Shown here piece after piece: positions 59,754-64,000 of a stretch of 64,000 nt of DNA (position 1 is its first letter; every line of letters begins with the position of its first letter). Position numbers and translations under genes: made by a program. This DNA is from Eubacteriales bacterium. Lineage in GTDB: Bacteria > Bacillota > Clostridia > Christensenellales > JAWKQI01. The stretch lies in NCBI GenBank assembly GCA_041390245.1, contig JAWKQI010000002.1, positions 68,302-132,301 on the forward strand. Reading direction: 5' to 3'. The notes under the pieces are model-generated. The model made no database searches. It was not told the origin of the DNA and worked only from the letters and a program-made list of their open reading frames with translations.

Positions 59754-61364
59754 CTAAGAGCTTATCTTAGCATATAAACGGTAAGTGCCATTTGTAGTTA
59801 AATACACAGGATCTGTATTATATATATTCCCGTCTGAAGGATTATAATAGACACAAAACTGAAGTGTACCATCGCTATATAAGTTTATTGTATTCCCATC
59901 GAGTGTATATTGAAAAACCGTAGGCATACCGTCATTCTCTCCGGTATCTTCTCTCACATATTGGAATGACGCTGTGCTTTCTGTAAAAGTCAGATATGAA
60001 ATCTCACCTTGATTATCTACATGGTATGATATATACCTCCCATCGTCCCCATATCCGTCGCCCCAGTAATCCGTACCCTGCCAAACGCCTATTAAGATCT
60101 GGTTTAAATCGCCAGCTATAACGTCGTCTGAAACTTCCGGTGAAACTATGGCAGAAGGCTTTGTAGAAGCGCCTGGTACATCTATGTCAACATCTGCAAC
60201 GTCGTCAGCGGTCAATTTAGGGAATCCATTTGGTGTGGTTTGCAAGTCTATACCGTTAGCATTAGCCCAATACTGTAGATCAGCATAGTCCATACCATAA
60301 AGCTCTTCATTTGAAAGATTTTTATTTTTAATATTAAATCCAAGCACCTCATCATTTTGGAAAAGTGCCAAAGTACTATCTGATAAATATCCAAGCTGCT
60401 CAATAGCATTGCCGGTTAAATTGCTTAACCCGAAAATCGCGGCTAAAGGCTTGCTTCCTTTGCGCAAATCTTTAACGACCGCAGCATAATCATTGCCTTC
60501 TCCATATGCAATTGTTGCACCGTCTTCATAAATCTCAAGAAAAAGGTCGGCTCCCGCTGCGATAATACCCGCACCTTCTAGCAGGCTGTACGTTGCGGCA
60601 AATCCTCCCTGATACGCGATAGTACTTGCCATAAATCCAACCTTTGCAGCATCTTTGATAACTGTAGCAGCTGTCTCGCACTTTTCGTAAAAGCTTTCCT
60701 GCTCATAAGCCTCTTTTGTTATTTCAGACTGCGTATTTTTTAATACGCTGTACGCCGTTTTAGCATCAGTACCTAAAAAATTTGCGAGTGCTTTTATCCT
60801 CTGGCCGGCAGGTGCAGCGTCGAATACCGCATTGATTTCATTTCTCGTATATGCATTTGCCTCCCTTAATGTAAAGAGGCTTCCTACCGCATCTTGAAAC
60901 GTATTGTTCTGCGTGCCCGATGATGTGTTTTCAATTACATCGTTACATATTAAATCTAATTTAGTACATTGCTCGTCGAGCTGTTGCCAAAGTGAGCATG
61001 CTTTTTCCATACCACGGTACCAAGTATCATAATCTATCTGCGTATTATCAACATTTAGTACCTTATATGTCAAAATCTGCGCATCATAATAAGTATCGGT
61101 AAGCGATATTGTCTCTTGCTGCAGTGTCTCAGAGAGCATACTACTGTCCGGTCCCTTTGGGAGCAATAGGATTACAGAAACAGCTATAACGATGAATGCC
61201 GTAAAGCTGGCTAGTATACCAATAAGCAGCTTTTTGCTGTTATTTTTATGTTTTTCCGGTTCTTTATTTTTAAAAGATACAGCGGAATCATTTAAATTAG
61301 TACCGCAGCTAGAACAAAAACTGCTGTTATCAGAAATTTTTGCCCCACAATTTTTACAATACAT
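59754..61364 (-). CDS. Zinc-ribbon / single-pass membrane protein with a large extracytoplasmic domain of unknown function
   Basis: 536-aa ORF with the N-terminal zinc ribbon MYCKNCGAKI..FCSSCG, one TM segment (LLIGILASFTAFIVIAVSVILLL), and then about 460 aa that I cannot assign to any family. Confidence 0.7.
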   Translation of the reverse strand: MYCKNCGAKISDNSSFCSSCGTNLNDSAVSFKNKEPEKHKNNSKKLLIGILASFTAFIVIAVSVILLLPKGPDSSMLSETLQQETISLTDTYYDAQILTYKVLNVDNTQIDYDTWYRGMEKACSLWQQLDEQCTKLDLICNDVIENTSSGTQNNTFQDAVGSLFTLREANAYTRNEINAVFDAAPAGQRIKALANFLGTDAKTAYSVLKNTQSEITKEAYEQESFYEKCETAATVIKDAAKVGFMASTIAYQGGFAATYSLLEGAGIIAAGADLFLEIYEDGATIAYGEGNDYAAVVKDLRKGSKPLAAIFGLSNLTGNAIEQLGYLSDSTLALFQNDEVLGFNIKNKNLSNEELYGMDYADLQYWANANGIDLQTTPNGFPKLTADDVADVDIDVPGASTKPSAIVSPEVSDDVIAGDLNQILIGVWQGTDYWGDGYGDDGRYISYHVDNQGEISYLTFTESTASFQYVREDTGENDGMPTVFQYTLDGNTINLYSDGTLQFCVYYNPSDGNIYNTDPVYLTTNGTYRLYAKISS

Positions 61365-61611
61365 GAGCCCTCCCAGATATATATTAAATTTCCATTTGAT
61401 AATTAAGATGATTTGAACTGTAAATAAAAATATAATAACAAATTATTAGAAAAAAGTCTATATTTTTACAAATCATATTATACTTTAAACAATTTTTTTA
61501 TAATTTTAACAGCTTTTACTTAATTAGCACTTTTCGGCAACAAAACTATTGATAAATAATTCTTGAATATATATATTTTAAAGTCTATACTTTATTTAAT
61601 AGGAGAATTAT

Positions 61612-62094
61612 ATGAAAACATTAGTGATATTTTATTCGTTAGAAGGAAATACAAGATTTATTTCTAAAATAATTGCAAAAGAACTTAATGCAGACATACT
61701 GGAATTAAAAACGAAAAAGGAATACCCTTCCACCGGGTTTAAAAAATACTTTTGGGGCGGTAAAAGCGTTGTATTTAAAGAGAAGCCGGTGCTCATCAAC
61801 GATAAAGTAGATTTAGGCCTATACGATAACGTTATAATAGGAACACCGATTTGGGCCGGCACCTATGCCGCACCGTATAATACATTTCTAAAGGAATATA
61901 ACTTCTTCGGCAAAAAAATCGCATTGTTTGCCTGCCAAGGCGGAGGCAGCACTAAAAAATGCTTCAAGATGTTTAAAGAAGCGCTTGACGGCAACCAATT
62001 TATCGGGGAAATAGATTTTATGGACCCGCTTACAAATGATAAAGATACTAATGCTAAAAAGGCAGCCGATTGGGCCAAAGGCTTAAAGTTTTAA
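61612..62094 (+). CDS. Flavodoxin-family protein
   Basis: 160-aa ORF with the FMN phosphate-binding loop VIFYSLEGNT and PIWAG. Confidence 0.8.
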   Translation: MKTLVIFYSLEGNTRFISKIIAKELNADILELKTKKEYPSTGFKKYFWGGKSVVFKEKPVLINDKVDLGLYDNVIIGTPIWAGTYAAPYNTFLKEYNFFGKKIALFACQGGGSTKKCFKMFKEALDGNQFIGEIDFMDPLTNDKDTNAKKAADWAKGLKF

Positions 62095-62106
62095 ATTTAT
62101 AAAAAT

Positions 62107-62133
62107 AAAAAAGGCAGGAACCTCTGCCTTTTT
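62107..62133. terminator. Bidirectional intrinsic terminator
   Basis: AAAAAAGGCAG-gaacct-CTGCCTTTTTTT, between the flavodoxin gene (+) and the V-ATPase D gene (-). Confidence 0.75.
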
Positions 62134-62766
62134 TTACTCGCCATGAAGCATTTCTTTCATCTTCATTAGCCTTGTCAAATTCCCGCGTTCGTTTTCATCG
62201 AGTTTCATAACTATATATTTGATAGTCTCTTCAAGCTGTGGAATCAATACATACTCAAGAGCGTTTACACGCCTCCTGGTTTTCTCTATTTCATCTGCCA
62301 GCATATCGCATGTCTTTTCAATACCTGCTAGTTTCAACATGTTCGGCAAAGCGTCTTTAAGTGCTACGATTGAAGTATCGAGTTCGCCGGACGTGCTTAA
62401 AAACCCGTAAGGCAAAAATGCGTCGCTTCTGGATACCTCTTCAAAAGTAATTCTCGGCACATCTATACTCATTATATTTTTCTTGCCTGCCTTTACCGTT
62501 ATTTCACGTGCAGGAAACATAAGCGCTTCCTCCATCTCTTCAGGTGCCATAGCAAGGCGCGCCTTTAAAAATGCGTTGAGTGCTCTTATTAAAATCTCCT
62601 CCGTCTCTTCACGAAGGCGCTTATTTTCTTTTACAAGCTCAATAAATTGGCGGACCATTTCGTCACGTTTGTCTTTTAAAAGCTTATGCCCGCGCACGGC
62701 GACTTTTAAACGCTTTTTTAAGCGTGTAAGCTCCATACGCGTAGGGTTAACCCGAAGCAGTGCCAT
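62134..62766 (-). CDS. ntpD: V-type ATP synthase subunit D
   Basis: 210-aa ORF in which LRVNPTRMELTRLKKRLKVAVRGHKLLKDKRDEM is the V/A-ATPase D signature. Confidence 0.92.
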   Translation of the reverse strand: MALLRVNPTRMELTRLKKRLKVAVRGHKLLKDKRDEMVRQFIELVKENKRLREETEEILIRALNAFLKARLAMAPEEMEEALMFPAREITVKAGKKNIMSIDVPRITFEEVSRSDAFLPYGFLSTSGELDTSIVALKDALPNMLKLAGIEKTCDMLADEIEKTRRRVNALEYVLIPQLEETIKYIVMKLDENERGNLTRLMKMKEMLHGE

Positions 62767-62770
62767 AGCT

Positions 62771-64000
62771 TTATTCCTCTACTTTTTCGCCCAAGTATTT
62801 TTCTATATATTCGTCTCTTATTCGCTTTAATTCAGATTTAGGCAAGATACTTAAAAGCTCCCAGCCCAAATCAAGAGTTTCTTCTATCGTGCGGTCTGTT
62901 TCGTATCCCTGCGAAACATATTCAGCCTCAAATGCATCGGCAAATTTAGCATATAGCTTGTCGTTATCAGATAATGCCGCTTCGCCTAGTATTATTGACA
63001 GTTCTTTTGCTTCTGCCCCCCTTGCATATGCCGCGAAAAGCTGGTTCATGGTATCCGCATGGTCTTCCCTCGTTTTGCCCTTGCCTATGCCTTTATCTTT
63101 AAGGCGCGAAAGAGAAGGTAAAACGTCTATCGGTGGGGTCACTCCTTTGCGCAAAAGTTCACGCGAGAGTATTATCTGGCCTTCTGTTATATAACCTGTT
63201 AAATCCGGTATCGGATGTGTTTTGTCGTCTTCCGGCATAGTCAGGATAGGTATCTGTGTGATAGACCCTTTTAAGCCTTTTATCCTTCCTGCACGTTCAT
63301 ACATGGTAGCTAAGTCTGTATAAAGGTATCCGGGATAACCTCGTCTGCCCGGGACTTCCTTTCTTGCAGCCGATACTTCACGCAGCGCTTCTGCGTAATT
63401 CGTTATATCTGTTAAAATTACCAAAACGTGCATATCCTTTTCATATGCCAAGTATTCAGCCGCAGTCAATGCCATACGCGGCGTGGTTATACGTTCAATC
63501 GCAGGATCGTTAGCCAGGTTTATAAACAACACCGTCCTGTCTATTGCTCCTGTTCTTTTAAATTCTGAAACGAAGAAATCTGCCTCTTCAAAAGTTATGC
63601 CAATGGCAGCAAATACAACGGCAAAATTAGCTTCTCCGCCTATTACCTTAGATTGCCTTGCTATCTGCGCTGCAAGCTGCGCATGCGGCAGACCGGAGCC
63701 GGAAAAAATAGGCAGTTTTTGCCCACGGACAAGAGTATTTAAACCGTCTATTGCAGATATGCCCGTCTGTATGAATTCCGAAGGGTAATCACGTGAAGTC
63801 GGATTGATCGGCTGGCCGTTTATATCAAGCCGTTTTTCTGGTATTACAGCCGGTCCCCCGTCTTTCGGGGTCCCCATGCCATCAAAAACACGGCCAAGCA
63901 TGTCATACGATACTGCAAGCTCTATGCCACGCCCCAAAAGCGTGCCTTCGAACTAGATATCTTAAGCCCCTGAGAGCTTTCAAAAAGCTGGACTAACGCT
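62771..64000 (-). pseudogene. ntpB: V-type ATP synthase subunit B; partial (5' end beyond the window) with one frameshift
   Basis: ORF 62771..63937 reads [19 protein letters not shown]..., with the non-catalytic nucleotide-site region SGSGLPH. Upstream, [21 protein letters not shown] lies in a different frame. The break is at the A4 run 63936..63939 (T4 on the coding strand). Confidence 0.88.

Overview
AT-rich, Clostridia-like (Firmicutes) chromosomal core segment packed with housekeeping operons. I can support about 60 protein-coding genes, 4 tRNAs, one lysine (L-box) riboswitch and a set of intrinsic terminators. I found no CRISPR array, prophage, transposon or recognisable defence island. 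Gene order: pyrD(partial)-pyrE; (minus) L-box-asd-dapA-dapB-ACT; M20 amidohydrolase-methyltransferase-hslO-TPR-hypothetical-HD-THUMP methylase; yajC; MBL lipoprotein plus an AmmeMemoRadiSam pair; tRNA-Pro/CAU/Thr; miaB-mutS-mutL-miaA-ynbB; xer-type recombinase, rnhA, proC, tRNA-Trp; polysaccharide deacetylase, cinA, two SDRs; purE-C-F-M-N-H-D; guaB-larE-larB-larC-guaA; cobO-like, DUF421/DUF4363, aroF-ddl-murF; perR-rbr-hrb and feoAB; galE plus sugar transferase and small membrane proteins; flavodoxin; V-ATPase D and B. Points worth a second look: (1) Broken reading frames fall into two classes. Five isolated frameshifts (two in hslO, one each in cinA, guaA, ntpB) are each repaired by adding one base to a 4-nt A/T run. 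Two regions, the 3' two-thirds of mutL and the 5' third of asd, are densely scrambled. This is either an assembly artefact or a mismatch-repair-deficient lineage. (2) The nickel-pincer cofactor genes larE-larB-larC are wedged, translationally coupled, between guaB and guaA, with no larA in the window. (3) dapB runs without a stop into an aspartokinase-type ACT module that continues in another frame. (4) The AmmeMemoRadiSam locus has a fused LigB/Memo-like plus AMMECR1 protein. (5) A three-hairpin RNA candidate with a CU-rich stretch lies upstream of feoAB. All functional calls rest on motif and family recognition by eye; no database search was run.
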